32,000 nt of DNA from an archaeon (GCA_024277355.1 JAJRVL010000005.1:1-32000), one strand, 5' to 3'; positions 18,563 to 27,864 are shown, numbered from the stretch's first letter. The notes: generated by a model not told the origin, from the sequence alone. Numbers and translations are program-made.

Positions 18563-19681
18563 CTATTTAAACACTTTTTTGAATTTTTTGAAAAAACCAT
18601 TGTCTTCTTTTTCTTCTTGTTTTATTTCTTCAAACAATTCTTTTTGTTTTCTTGAAAGCTTTTCAGGAGTTCTTACAATTACTTTAATGTATTCATCTCC
18701 AAAACCGCCTCTTTCAATGTCTTTAATTCCTTTTCCTTTTAATCTAAAAATAGTTCCAGTCTGGGTTCCTGCAGGAATCTTTAATTTTCCTTTTTCTTTT
18801 AATGTTGGAATTTCAATTTCTCCTCCTAAAGCTGCAGTTGAAAAATTAATTGGAACTTCTCCATAAATATCTGTCTGGTCTCTTTTGAAAAATTTATGCG
18901 GTTCAATAAAAATAATTACATATAAGTCTCCGTTTCCTGCGCCTCTTTCTCCTGCATTTCCTTCTCCTTGTAATCTTAAATAAGCTCCATTTTGGATTCC
19001 TTCAGGAATTCTTACTTCAATTTTTCTTTTTTTCTTTATTCTTCCTGTTCCATGGCATTTACTGCATGGGTTTTTTACTGTTTTTCCTTCTCCTCCACAT
19101 TTTCTGCAGGTTGTTTTTGTAGTAAAAGTTCCAAAAGGCGTTCTTTGGGCATGAGTCTGCATTCCTGTTCCATTACATTGACTACAGTCAATTAAACCAT
19201 CTTTTTCTTCTGAACCTGTTCCATTGCATTTATCACAGGCTTCAATTCTTTCTATTTCAATTTCTTTTTTTATTCCAAATACTGCTTCTTCAAATCCAAT
19301 ATTTAAATCAAACCTTAAATCAACTCCTTTTCTTGGACCTCTTTTTTTTCCTCTTCCTCCAAAAATATTTCCAAAACCAAAACTTGAAAACAAGTCATCA
19401 AAATCCATATTAGAAAAATCAAATCCTCCTGTTCCTTGTCCTCCAAATCCCTGAAAGCCTTCAGCTGCGTGCCCAAACTGATCATAATTAGATTTTTTTT
19501 GTTCATCGCTTAAAACAGAATAAGCTTCTAATATTTCTTTGAATTTTTCTTCAGCATGTTCTTCTTTAGATATATCTGGATGAAATTTTTTTGCCATTTT
19601 TTTGTAAGCAGATTTAATTTCGTCAGCTGAAGCTCCTTTATTCAACCCTAAAATTTCATAGTAATCTCTTTTTGTGGTCAT
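18563..19681 (-). CDS. dnaJ: Chaperone protein DnaJ
   Basis: J domain RDYYEILGL...HPD, G/F region, four CxxCxGxG-type zinc motifs. Confidence 0.97.
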   Translation of the reverse strand: MTTKRDYYEILGLNKGASADEIKSAYKKMAKKFHPDISKEEHAEEKFKEILEAYSVLSDEQKKSNYDQFGHAAEGFQGFGGQGTGGFDFSNMDFDDLFSSFGFGNIFGGRGKKRGPRKGVDLRFDLNIGFEEAVFGIKKEIEIERIEACDKCNGTGSEEKDGLIDCSQCNGTGMQTHAQRTPFGTFTTKTTCRKCGGEGKTVKNPCSKCHGTGRIKKKRKIEVRIPEGIQNGAYLRLQGEGNAGERGAGNGDLYVIIFIEPHKFFKRDQTDIYGEVPINFSTAALGGEIEIPTLKEKGKLKIPAGTQTGTIFRLKGKGIKDIERGGFGDEYIKVIVRTPEKLSRKQKELFEEIKQEEKEDNGFFKKFKKVFK

Positions 19682-19783
19682 AAACTTTCACACTAAGTTT
19701 GCACTTATGCTGAAAAATAAAGAAGAAAGAAAAGAAATTTAAGTTAATTGAATTAATTAACTTTTTTCTTTTAAATTATTTTT

Positions 19784-21682
19784 TTACTTTTTATCTTCTT
19801 TTTTGTCTTTTTCAACTTTATAGTCTGCGTCAACAACTTTTTCGTCTTTTGATTTATCTTTGTTTTCTGTCTGGTTTGTGCCTGTATTTCCTTGAGTTTC
19901 TGTTTGTCCTTTAGCCTGTTGCTCTTGTGCTGCTTTTTGGTATAATTCAGTTGAAGCTTCCTGAAATAATTTATTTACTTCATCTAATTTTGTTTTGATT
20001 GCTGTAACATCTTTTTGTTCTGGTTCCATTAATTTTTTTAGTTCAGCTGTTTTGTCTTTTATTCCCTGAATTTTTTTTGCATCAACTTTTCCTTCCATTT
20101 CTTTCAAAGTTTTTTCTGTTTGATATACAACTGCGTCTGCCTGGTTTATTATGTCAATTTCTTCTTTTTTCTTTTTGTCTGTTTCAGCAAATTGTTCTGC
20201 TTCTTTTTTCATTTTTTCAATGTCTTCTTCTTTTAATTTTTCTGAAGCAACAATTGAAATTTTCTGGCTTTTTCCTGTTCCCATATCTTTTGCTGTTACA
20301 TGCACTATTCCGTTTGCATCAATATCAAAGGTAACTTCAATTTGAGGTATTCCACGAGGTGCCGGAGGGATTCCAATTAACTGAAATCTTCCTAAAGTTT
20401 TGTTATCTGAAGCCATTGCTCTTTCTCCCTGCAATACATGAATATCAACTGCTGTTTGATTTTCTGCTGCAGTAGAAAAAATCTGGCTTTTTTTTGTTGG
20501 AATAGTTGTATTTCTTTCAATTAATTTAGTAAAAACACTTCCTAAAGTTTCAATTCCTAAACTTAATGGAGTTACATCTAAAAGCAAAATATCTTTTACT
20601 TCTCCTGATAAAACTCCTGCCTGAATTGCTGCACCCATTGCAACACATTCCATTGGGTCAACGCCTCTTTCAACTTTTTTTCCAACAATTTTTTCTACAA
20701 ATTCATGGACTATAGGCATTCTTGTCGGGCCTCCAACTAAAACAACTCTGTGAATGTCATTTGGAGTTAATTTTGCGTCAGCTAAAGCCTGATTAACAGG
20801 CTTTTCACATTTTTCAACAATTGGTTTAACTAATTCTTCAATTTTAGCTCTGTTTAATTTCATTACTAAATGTTTTGGTCCTTCTTTTGTTGCAGTAATA
20901 TAAGGCAGATTAATTTCGGTTTCAATTACATTAGATAATTCAATTTTTGCTTTTTCTGCTGATTCATTTAATCTCTGCAAAGCCATTTTATCTTGAGTTA
21001 AATCTACTCCGTCTGTTTTCTTGAATTCAGCTATAATAAAATCAGTTAACACTTTATCCATGTCTCTTCCGCCTAATTGAGTGTTTCCTGAAGTTGACTT
21101 AACTTCAAATACTCCGTCGCCGAAATCCATTATAGTTACATCTAATGTTCCTCCGCCAAAATCAAAAACCAAAATTTTCTGGTCTTTTTCTTTTTTATCT
21201 AAACCATAAGCTAAGGATGCGGCTGTTGGTTCATTAACTATTCTGATTACATCTAATCCTGCAATTTTTCCTGCGTCTTTTGTTGCCTGTCTTTGATTGT
21301 CATCAAAGTAAGCCGGAACTGTAATCACTGCTTTTTCTACTTTTTCTCCTAAAAAGCTTTCTGCATCTTTTTTTATTTTCTGCAAAATAAAAGCTGAAAT
21401 CTGCTGAGGAGTGTATTCTTTTCCATAAACTTTAAATTTTTCTGTTGTTCCCATTTTTCTTTTTGCACCGGTAATTGTTCCTTCTGGATTGCTTATTGCT
21501 TGTCTTTTTGCTGGTTCTCCAACTAACATTTGCCCGTCTTTAGTAAAAGCTACAATTGAAGGAAATGCTTTTCCATATAAACTTGCTCCTTCAGCTGAAG
21601 AAATTATTTTTGGTTTTCCTCCTTCTAATACTGCTGCTGCAGAATTTGAAGTTCCTAAATCTATTCCGATTATCTTACTCAT
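19784..21682 (-). CDS. dnaK: Chaperone protein DnaK (Hsp70)
   Basis: [87 protein letters not shown]. Confidence 0.98.
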   Translation of the reverse strand: MSKIIGIDLGTSNSAAAVLEGGKPKIISSAEGASLYGKAFPSIVAFTKDGQMLVGEPAKRQAISNPEGTITGAKRKMGTTEKFKVYGKEYTPQQISAFILQKIKKDAESFLGEKVEKAVITVPAYFDDNQRQATKDAGKIAGLDVIRIVNEPTAASLAYGLDKKEKDQKILVFDFGGGTLDVTIMDFGDGVFEVKSTSGNTQLGGRDMDKVLTDFIIAEFKKTDGVDLTQDKMALQRLNESAEKAKIELSNVIETEINLPYITATKEGPKHLVMKLNRAKIEELVKPIVEKCEKPVNQALADAKLTPNDIHRVVLVGGPTRMPIVHEFVEKIVGKKVERGVDPMECVAMGAAIQAGVLSGEVKDILLLDVTPLSLGIETLGSVFTKLIERNTTIPTKKSQIFSTAAENQTAVDIHVLQGERAMASDNKTLGRFQLIGIPPAPRGIPQIEVTFDIDANGIVHVTAKDMGTGKSQKISIVASEKLKEEDIEKMKKEAEQFAETDKKKKEEIDIINQADAVVYQTEKTLKEMEGKVDAKKIQGIKDKTAELKKLMEPEQKDVTAIKTKLDEVNKLFQEASTELYQKAAQEQQAKGQTETQGNTGTNQTENKDKSKDEKVVDADYKVEKDKKEDKK

Positions 21683-21696
21683 TTTATCACCTTTTT

Positions 21697-21831
21697 TTAA
21701 TTAGCATAAATTTGCTTTCTTAATCTCTTTTCTTCTTCATTTAAGTTTGGTTTAGCTTTATCTGGGATTTCTTCTGGAAACTCCTCAAAATCTTCTGGGC
21801 CAAATTCTTCATTCAATTTTTTTTCATTCAT
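21697..21831 (-). CDS. Small acidic ORF (44 aa) between grpE and dnaK: [44 protein letters not shown]
   Basis: Read manually on the minus strand; ATG overlaps the grpE stop (AAAAATGAATGA), complete frame to TAA; below the ORF-track size cut-off. Confidence 0.5.
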   Translation of the reverse strand: MNEKKLNEEFGPEDFEEFPEEIPDKAKPNLNEEEKRLRKQIYAN

Positions 21832-22336
21832 TTTTTTCACTCTCTATTGAATTAATTTTAACTTTTGAATGCCTTAACACTTTGTCATTTAACATAAATC
21901 CTTTTTGAAATTCCTCTAAAATAATTTCATCTTGTTTTTCTGAATTATTTTCTTTTAGTAAGCATTCATGGAATTCCGGATTAAATTTTTTTCCAAGTGA
22001 ATTAATTTCTTTTAAACCATATTTTTCTAAAACTTCAGTTAATTGTTTTTTAATTAATTCAAGTCCTTTAATTGTTTCTGGATTCCCGTTTTTTTCAGCA
22101 GAATCAATTGAATCAAGTATTGGAAGCAAGGATTTAATTAATTCAGCATTACTAAATTCAGCAAAATGTTTTCTGTCTTTTTCTTCTCTTTTCTTAAAAT
22201 TTTCAAATTCTGCCTGAATTCTTTTAACTAATTCAGTTAATTCTTCTATTTTAGCTTGTTTTAAGTCTTTATTTGCTGTTTCTTCTTTTTCTTTTCTTTC
22301 TTTTTTTATGTGTTTATGTCCAATCAAATTAATCAC
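21824..22336 (-). CDS. grpE: GrpE nucleotide exchange factor
   Basis: ELVKRIQAEFENFKKREEKDRKHFAEFSNAELIKSLLPILDSIDSAEKN...KFNPEFHECLLK; upstream of dnaK; apparent GTG start. Confidence 0.93.
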   Translation of the reverse strand: MINLIGHKHIKKERKEKEETANKDLKQAKIEELTELVKRIQAEFENFKKREEKDRKHFAEFSNAELIKSLLPILDSIDSAEKNGNPETIKGLELIKKQLTEVLEKYGLKEINSLGKKFNPEFHECLLKENNSEKQDEIILEEFQKGFMLNDKVLRHSKVKINSIESEKNE

Positions 22337-22356
22337 TGTCTAAAAAGTTTTGACTA

Positions 22357-22375
22357 TGACTAAACTCTTTAGTCA
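22357..22375. promoter_or_regulatory. Perfect inverted repeat TGACTAAA-CTC-TTTAGTCA in the divergent promoter region, with an additional TGACTA half-site at 22351-22356; candidate operator
   Basis: Read directly; 8-bp arms, 3-bp spacer, next to AT-rich TATA-like atatttttaaat at 22378-22389. Confidence 0.6.
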
Positions 22376-22410
22376 AAATATTTTTAAATGTTTTGTTGGA
22401 CTTTTATTTT

Positions 22411-22905
22411 ATGGAAGAAAATGAAAGAAAACTAATTGCATTTAATCATAGATTTCAGTTAACAGGAAAAATTCATATTCCTGCTGCTACTAAGCATAGA
22501 TTTCAGGTTATAATAAGAAAAGTTGAACAGCCTTTTTCAACGCAAGCAGATGAAGAATTTAATTGGTTGTTAGAGTGTTTAGGCTTTTTTGAGCCTATAG
22601 ATAAAGGAAAAACAGCTGCTTTAGTGTTTAAGGAATTAGTTAAAGCCACTGAGAGTGGAAGATTATTAACTTCAACTGAATTAGCTGAAAGAGTCGGTAT
22701 GAGCAGAGGAGCAGTAATTAATCATTTAAATAATCTTCAAAGATCTGGCCTTGTATTAAAGGAAGGAAGCAGATATATGTCCAGAAGCAAGTCAATGTTT
22801 CGCATGATTAAAGAATTACAGGATGAAATTAATTTAGTTTTTAAAAGAATGGAACAAACTGCAAAGGAATTAGACCAAGAAATGGGCTTGTTTTTAAAGG
22901 ATTAA
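22411..22905 (+). CDS. HTH transcriptional regulator, candidate heat-shock regulator
   Basis: LTSTELAERVGMSRGAVINHLNNLQRSGLVLKEGSRY winged-HTH motif; divergent from grpE-dnaK; ATG at 22411 preferred over the TTG at 22393. Confidence 0.8.
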   Translation: MEENERKLIAFNHRFQLTGKIHIPAATKHRFQVIIRKVEQPFSTQADEEFNWLLECLGFFEPIDKGKTAALVFKELVKATESGRLLTSTELAERVGMSRGAVINHLNNLQRSGLVLKEGSRYMSRSKSMFRMIKELQDEINLVFKRMEQTAKELDQEMGLFLKD

Positions 22906-24299
22906 ACTCTTTTAAATTTTGACTGAAAATGCCTTAAGATTGGACTTTCAAATTCAAATTTTAATCCTTTGATTTTGTCTTTTCTTTCCTTTATGTTTTT
23001 CATTGCTTCAATAATATAATCCATATGTTCTTTCAGATAAACTCTTCTTGGAATAGTCAACCTCATTAAATCCATTTCAGGCATTTTATCTTTTCCTGTT
23101 TTTGGATCTCTTCCAGCTAATAATGTTCCTATTTCTACTGCTCTAATTCCTGCTTCAATATAAAGTTCAGTGCAAAGTGTATGTGAAGGAAATTGTTCTT
23201 GCGGAATATGAGCCAAAAATTTTTTGCCGTCAACAAAAACTGCATGACCTCCAATTGGTTTCATTATTGGAATTCCAATTTTATTTAATTCTTCTCCTAA
23301 ATATTTAACTTGTCCAATTCTGTATTTTAAATAGTCTTCTTGTATTCCTTCTTTTAATCCAACTGCAATTGCTTCTAAATCTCTTCCGGCTAATCCTCCA
23401 TAAGTTGGAAAACCTTCAAATAAAATTCCAAAAGGAATGCTTTTTTCATAAAGTTCTTTTTCTTTAAATGCAATTAATCCGCCAATATTAACTATTGCAT
23501 CTTTTTTTGCGCTCATTGTGCATCCATCAGCATAAGAAAACATTTCTAAAACAATTTCTGAAATTGATTTATTTTCAAAACCTTTTTCTCTTTGTTTAAT
23601 GAAAAAAGCATTTTCTGCAAATCTTGCTGCATCAATAAAAAAATAAACTTCAAACTTTTTGCATAACTCGCTTGTTTTTTTTATGTTTTCCATTGAAACC
23701 GGCTGGCCTCCTCCGGAATTACAAGTAATTGTATGCAGAACATAACCTATATTTCCTTTATTTTTTTATAAAACTTCTTCTAATTTTTTTAAATCAATAT
23801 TTCCTTTAAATGGAAGTTCTTTTTCACAGTCAAATGCTTCTTTTATTACACAATTAACAGGAATTCCTTTTTTGTGCTCAATATGGGCTGTTGTTGTGTC
23901 AAAATGAATGTTTCCAGGAATTATGTTTCCTTCTTTTATTAAAACTGCATCTAATATGTGTTCTGCTGCTCTTCCCTGATGTACAGGCAGAACAAAATCA
24001 AATCCAATTACATCTTTAACTGAATTTTTAAAGTTATCAAAACTTTTTGCTCCGGCATAACTTTCATCTGCTTTAATCATTGCAGACCATTGCTCCTGAG
24101 ACATTGCATTTGTTCCTGAATCAGTTAATAAATCAATAAAAATTTCATTTGATTTAAGCAAAAAAATATTTAAGCCTGCTTTTTCTATTGCTTTAATTCT
24201 TTTTTCTTTTGAAATTAGTTTTATTGGTTCAATGCTTTTAATTTTAAAATTCGGAATAATATAATTCAATTTTTCACAACCCTGCTTTTTTTTAAACAT
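22902..24299 (-). pseudogene. Tryptophanase/tyrosine phenol-lyase family PLP enzyme interrupted by one in-frame TAA (23766-23768)
   Basis: ORF 23766..24299 (N-terminal; NAMSQEQWSAMI, VLPVHQGRAAEHIL) and ORF 22902..23693 (C-terminal; FIDAARFAENA, TMSAKKDAIVNIGGL, RLTIPRRVY) share a frame; joining translation is LEEVL*KNKGNIGYVLHTITCNSGGGQPVSMENI. Confidence 0.85.
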
Positions 24300-24368
24300 T
24301 TAAGAATAGGAAAATCTTAAAAAAACATCTAAACAGAAAATAGTTTGTTTTTACTTGAGAGTGGTTAA

Positions 24369-24530
24369 ATGACTAAAGTGTTGGGAATTGTTTTATTGGT
24401 TTTTGGAGTAGTTGCGTTTTTTTCTTCTGTGGGAATGATTGAATGGAGTTTATTGAATGAACAGGCGTTTGTTTTCAATGCAATTCCTGTTTTATTGTTT
24501 TCTTTTGCAGTATTCCATTTATTCAAATAA
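24369..24530 (+). CDS. Small hydrophobic ORF (53 aa): MTKVLGIVLLVFGVVAFFSSVGMIEWSLLNEQAFVFNAIPVLLFSFAVFHLFK
   Basis: Manual translation; two predicted TM helices; complete ATG..TAA. Confidence 0.45.
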   Translation: MTKVLGIVLLVFGVVAFFSSVGMIEWSLLNEQAFVFNAIPVLLFSFAVFHLFK

Positions 24531-24581
24531 ATGCTGAATACAGGGTATATTCTTTTATTTTAGTTAATCCTTTTTTATTTA

Positions 24582-25175
24582 ATGAATTATAGTATTATTT
24601 TTTTTCCAGGCATGATTTTTCATGAATTAAGTCATTTAATTGCGTGCCTGCTTGTTGGCGTAAAAGTAAAAAAAGTGAAATTTTTTGGTTTAAGTGAAGC
24701 TTATGTTGTGCATGAAAAAGCTAATGCACTGAAATCAGTGATTATTACTTTAGCTCCTTTTATTTTAGGAAATGCAATTGCATTTTATTTTTTGTCTTTT
24801 TCTTTCAGGCTTTTGTTTTTTTCTGATATTTCAGGATTCTTTTTTTTATGGCTTGGATTAAGTTTTTTGTATTATTGTTTTCCTTCAGATCATGATGCTT
24901 CAAATACTTTTAATGCATTTAAGGAATTTTATTCAAATAATTTAGTTAAAGGAAATTTAATAGTCAAATTACTTTTGGTTATTTCAATTCCTTTTGTTTT
25001 TTTTCCTTTGTTTATTATTTTAGGATTATTAATTTTATTTAATTTTTCGCGTTTAATAAGACTTTTTTGGGTTGTTTTTATTTTTGCTTTAGTTTTTAAT
25101 GAACCAATTGCATTTGAAATCCTTGATTTTTTTGCTTTTTTGTTTAATGGAATAGGAACATTTTTATTTGGCTAA
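24582..25175 (+). CDS. Multi-pass membrane protein with HExxH (HELSH) zinc metalloprotease-like motif
   Basis: FFPGMIFHELSHLIACLLVGVKVKKVKFFGL in the first hydrophobic segment, as in site-2-protease-like families. Confidence 0.65.
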   Translation: MNYSIIFFPGMIFHELSHLIACLLVGVKVKKVKFFGLSEAYVVHEKANALKSVIITLAPFILGNAIAFYFLSFSFRLLFFSDISGFFFLWLGLSFLYYCFPSDHDASNTFNAFKEFYSNNLVKGNLIVKLLLVISIPFVFFPLFIILGLLILFNFSRLIRLFWVVFIFALVFNEPIAFEILDFFAFLFNGIGTFLFG

Positions 25176-25192
25176 ACCTAATTTTATAATAT

Positions 25193-25480
25193 ATGATTAA
25201 AGAAAAGATTTCAAAAGAAAAAACAGAATTGATAAATAAAAAAAACAGGCTTAAAGCAGATTTTGCTGAAGCAAAACAAGATACAAGGCTTTTTGCTATT
25301 TTATTTATTGAGTTTGCTTTGTCAATGGCAGTAGTATTAAGCATTTATCTTTATCTGGATCCGGAAACAAATCTTGTTCCTTTTCCTTTAAATATTATTT
25401 CTTTTGCTTTTCTTATGATTTTGATGTATTTTGTTTTTAACAAAACAAAAGAATTCAGAGAAGAAAGAAAATTGCGTTAA
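25193..25480 (+). CDS. Hypothetical small membrane protein (95 aa)
   Basis: Charged N-terminus then two TM segments. Confidence 0.6.
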   Translation: MIKEKISKEKTELINKKNRLKADFAEAKQDTRLFAILFIEFALSMAVVLSIYLYLDPETNLVPFPLNIISFAFLMILMYFVFNKTKEFREERKLR

Positions 25481-25669
25481 TTAATCTTCTTCCCAGCCCT
25501 GTGAGTCTTCATCTGCTTCTTCAAAGGTTTCAACTACTGTGAATTTTTTGCCTTTTTTTGCAACAAAGACTTCTATTCCGCATGAAGGGCATTCAACTGA
25601 ATCTCCTTCTTCATTTAATTCTACATCCAAATCAAAATTGTTTTGGCATTTAGGACATTGTACTTTCAT
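25481..25669 (-). CDS. Small zinc-ribbon protein with acidic tail
   Basis: CPKCQNNFDLDVELNEEGDSVECPSCGIEVFV; C-terminus EEADEDSQGWEED. Confidence 0.75.
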   Translation of the reverse strand: MKVQCPKCQNNFDLDVELNEEGDSVECPSCGIEVFVAKKGKKFTVVETFEEADEDSQGWEED

Positions 25670-25792
25670 TTTTTCACCTTAAAAAACTAAAATAATTCTA
25701 AAAAAATATTATTTTAAATATTTGTTTTTTGGTTATTTAGATAAAAATAGAAGAAAAAGGGAAACCCCTTTTTCTTTTCAAATTTGTTTATT

Positions 25793-25948
25793 TTATTTTG
25801 ATGAAAGTTTGTTTTTCTTAATATATACCCAAATTGCTTTGGTCATTTCACTTGGAGTGATTTTTCCTGAGCCAAATACTTTCTCCACTGTGTCTGTTCT
25901 TCCTTTAAAAGAAATTGTGTATCCACCAAAAGGTTTTTTTGCTACCAT
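25793..25948 (-). CDS. Small basic protein (51 aa), SWIB-like: MVAKKPFGGYTISFKGRTDTVEKVFGSGKITPSEMTKAIWVYIKKNKLSSK
   Basis: Manual translation; complete ATG..TAA; ITPSEMTKAIWVYIKKNKL resembles the SWIB/MDM2 helix pattern; purine-rich GGAGGAAAAAAAT just upstream of the ATG. Confidence 0.6.
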   Translation of the reverse strand: MVAKKPFGGYTISFKGRTDTVEKVFGSGKITPSEMTKAIWVYIKKNKLSSK

Positions 25949-26134
25949 ATTTTTTTCCTCCTAAAAATTAAAATTATAAAAGTAATTAAAATTAAGTCAA
26001 TTCTGTATTTAAACCCATACACTTCTTTAGAGGGGGAAAAGAAAAGATTGTTAGAAAAGGAAAAACATTTTTTCTTTAGTTTTTTTTGCTTTCAAAAAGA
26101 AAAAGCCTTTAATCTATTTATTTATTATTTTTTT

Positions 26135-26356
26135 ATGAAAAAGAAAAGAAAAATCAGTTTAATTATTTCAATATTATTCTTTTTTGTTTCATGGTTTGTT
26201 ATTGCTGATTATATTACTTGTACAGATGTTTCAAAACAAGTTTGTTTTTATTCTTCTTTTTTTAATCCTTTATTAATTCTTTTTGTGTTTGTTGATTCAT
26301 TTCTTTTTTTTATTGGAGTTGATCGCTGGGTTATAAATTCAGGTTATTTTGATTAA
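26135..26356 (+). CDS. Hypothetical small membrane protein (73 aa from ATG 26135)
   Basis: Within ORF 26048..26356; more plausible start MKKKRKISLIISILFFFVSW. Confidence 0.5.
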   Translation: MKKKRKISLIISILFFFVSWFVIADYITCTDVSKQVCFYSSFFNPLLILFVFVDSFLFFIGVDRWVINSGYFD

Positions 26357-27333
26357 ATCCAGTTAACTTTTATTTGATCAGTTCTTTGTTTTGGAAGAAT
26401 CATGCTTTCATTTAGGTTTGTTTTTTTTCCTGCTTTAAATTCAATTAATCCCTGCCAGCCAATCATTGCTCCGTTATCAACACAAACACTTCTTTCAGGA
26501 ACAAAAAATTTTGCTTTTCGCTGTTTACACATTTTTTTCATTATTTCTCTTAAAGCATTGCTTGAAGCAACTCCTCCTGTCAAAAGCAGTTCTTTTTTTC
26601 CTGTATGGGCTAAGGTTCTTTCAGTTACTTCTGTCAGCATTGCAAAAGCATTATGCATTAAACTACAAACTAAATCTTCTTTTCTTTCTTTTTTAATTTT
26701 TTGTTTGCCTGCTGTAAGTAAACCAGAAAAAGCTAAATCCATTCCTTTAACCGTATAAGGCAGTTCAATGAAATTTTTTCCTTTAAAATATATTTTATCC
26801 ATTACTGGCCCTGCAGGAAAACCTAAATCTATTTCCCTTCCAAACACATCAAGAAAATTTCCTATTCCAATGTCTAATGTTTCGCCATAAATTCTGTATC
26901 TTTTTTTTTCTAAACCAATAATTTGTGTATTAGCTCCGGAAGCATAACAAGTTACAGGGTCTTTTGCTTTAGTTAATTTTTTTCCGATTTCTATATGGGA
27001 GATGCAATGGTTTACTCCAACCAAAGATTTATTATGTAGCAAACTTAAAGTTCTTGCAACTGTTGCCCCTACTTTTAAGCAGTTTCCTAATCCTGGTCCC
27101 TGAGAAAAAGAAATTAAATCAACTTCTTTTATTGAAAGATTTGCTTTTTCTAATGCATTTTCTATTATTTCTTTTGCGTTTTTGTAATGAAAGTCTGCTG
27201 CTTCTCTTGGGTGGATTCCTACTGATTCTTTTTTCACATAAGCTTTTTTTTCGTTTGCAAGAATTCTGCATTTTTCATTTACTATTCCTATTCCAAATGT
27301 GTGTGCTGTTGATTCAATTCCTAATGAAATCAT
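26353..27333 (-). CDS. kae1: Kae1 (KEOPS complex; tRNA N6-threonylcarbamoyladenosine transferase subunit)
   Basis: LGIESTAHTFGIGIV, SFSQGPGLGNCLKVGATVARTLSL, GVNHCISHIEIGK, LLLTGGVASNSALREIM. Confidence 0.96.
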   Translation of the reverse strand: MISLGIESTAHTFGIGIVNEKCRILANEKKAYVKKESVGIHPREAADFHYKNAKEIIENALEKANLSIKEVDLISFSQGPGLGNCLKVGATVARTLSLLHNKSLVGVNHCISHIEIGKKLTKAKDPVTCYASGANTQIIGLEKKRYRIYGETLDIGIGNFLDVFGREIDLGFPAGPVMDKIYFKGKNFIELPYTVKGMDLAFSGLLTAGKQKIKKERKEDLVCSLMHNAFAMLTEVTERTLAHTGKKELLLTGGVASSNALREIMKKMCKQRKAKFFVPERSVCVDNGAMIGWQGLIEFKAGKKTNLNESMILPKQRTDQIKVNWI

Positions 27334-27402
27334 TTTTTTTCCTCTTTTTTTAAGATTTTCTTATGGCTAATTCTTTTATTCTCATTGCTTTAATTTTGTT
27401 GT

Positions 27403-27864
27403 ATGAATAAGGCTCCTTTAATTAAATTAAGTTCTGCAAAAAAACAGAGAATAAGAGATGCAGGAAAAGCCATTGATTTAATGAATAAATCAAAATCAAA
27501 GTTTGTTGTGGTTCCCCGTAATGTAAGGGAATTAATAAGGGACAAAAGAAAATGGTTTTTTATCAGAAATGAAATGGGAGAAAAAATAGGAACCGTCTCA
27601 CTTGACTTAAAAAAAGGAGAAATAGGCGGTTTTTCTGTTCTTCCTAAATATCGTGGATTAAAAAATTCTCTTCCTGCATTAAAAAAAGCAGAAGGAATTA
27701 TGAAAAAAGCAGGTCATAAAAAGGCAATATTACACATTAATATTAATTCTGAAAGAACAATAAAACTTCTTGAAATTTTAGGTTATGCTAAAGGAAAGAA
27801 ACTTTTTGGAGAAAAATATGGAGTTAAATTTAACCTTATTGAACTAGAAAAAAAACTGGATTAG
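27403..27864 (+). CDS. Putative GNAT-like acetyltransferase
   Basis: KIGTVSLDLKKGEIGGFSVLPKYRGLKNSLPALKKAEGIMKKAGHKKAILHININSERTIKLLEILGY. Confidence 0.65.
   Translation: MNKAPLIKLSSAKKQRIRDAGKAIDLMNKSKSKFVVVPRNVRELIRDKRKWFFIRNEMGEKIGTVSLDLKKGEIGGFSVLPKYRGLKNSLPALKKAEGIMKKAGHKKAILHININSERTIKLLEILGYAKGKKLFGEKYGVKFNLIELEKKLD

Noticed and set aside
19694-19707. TAAGT-TTGC-ACTTA inverted repeat in the dnaK-dnaJ spacer
   Set aside because: Only 5-bp arms and no match to the palindrome upstream of grpE.
23766-23768. In-frame stop as a recoded amino acid (pyrrolysine or selenocysteine)
   Set aside because: The codon is TAA, not TAG or TGA, and TAA is the normal terminator of most genes in this window.
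25481-25669. LysW-type amino-group carrier protein
   Set aside because: It has a zinc ribbon and acidic tail but lacks the usual EDWGE-type terminus, and no LysX/ArgX or related biosynthetic genes are nearby.
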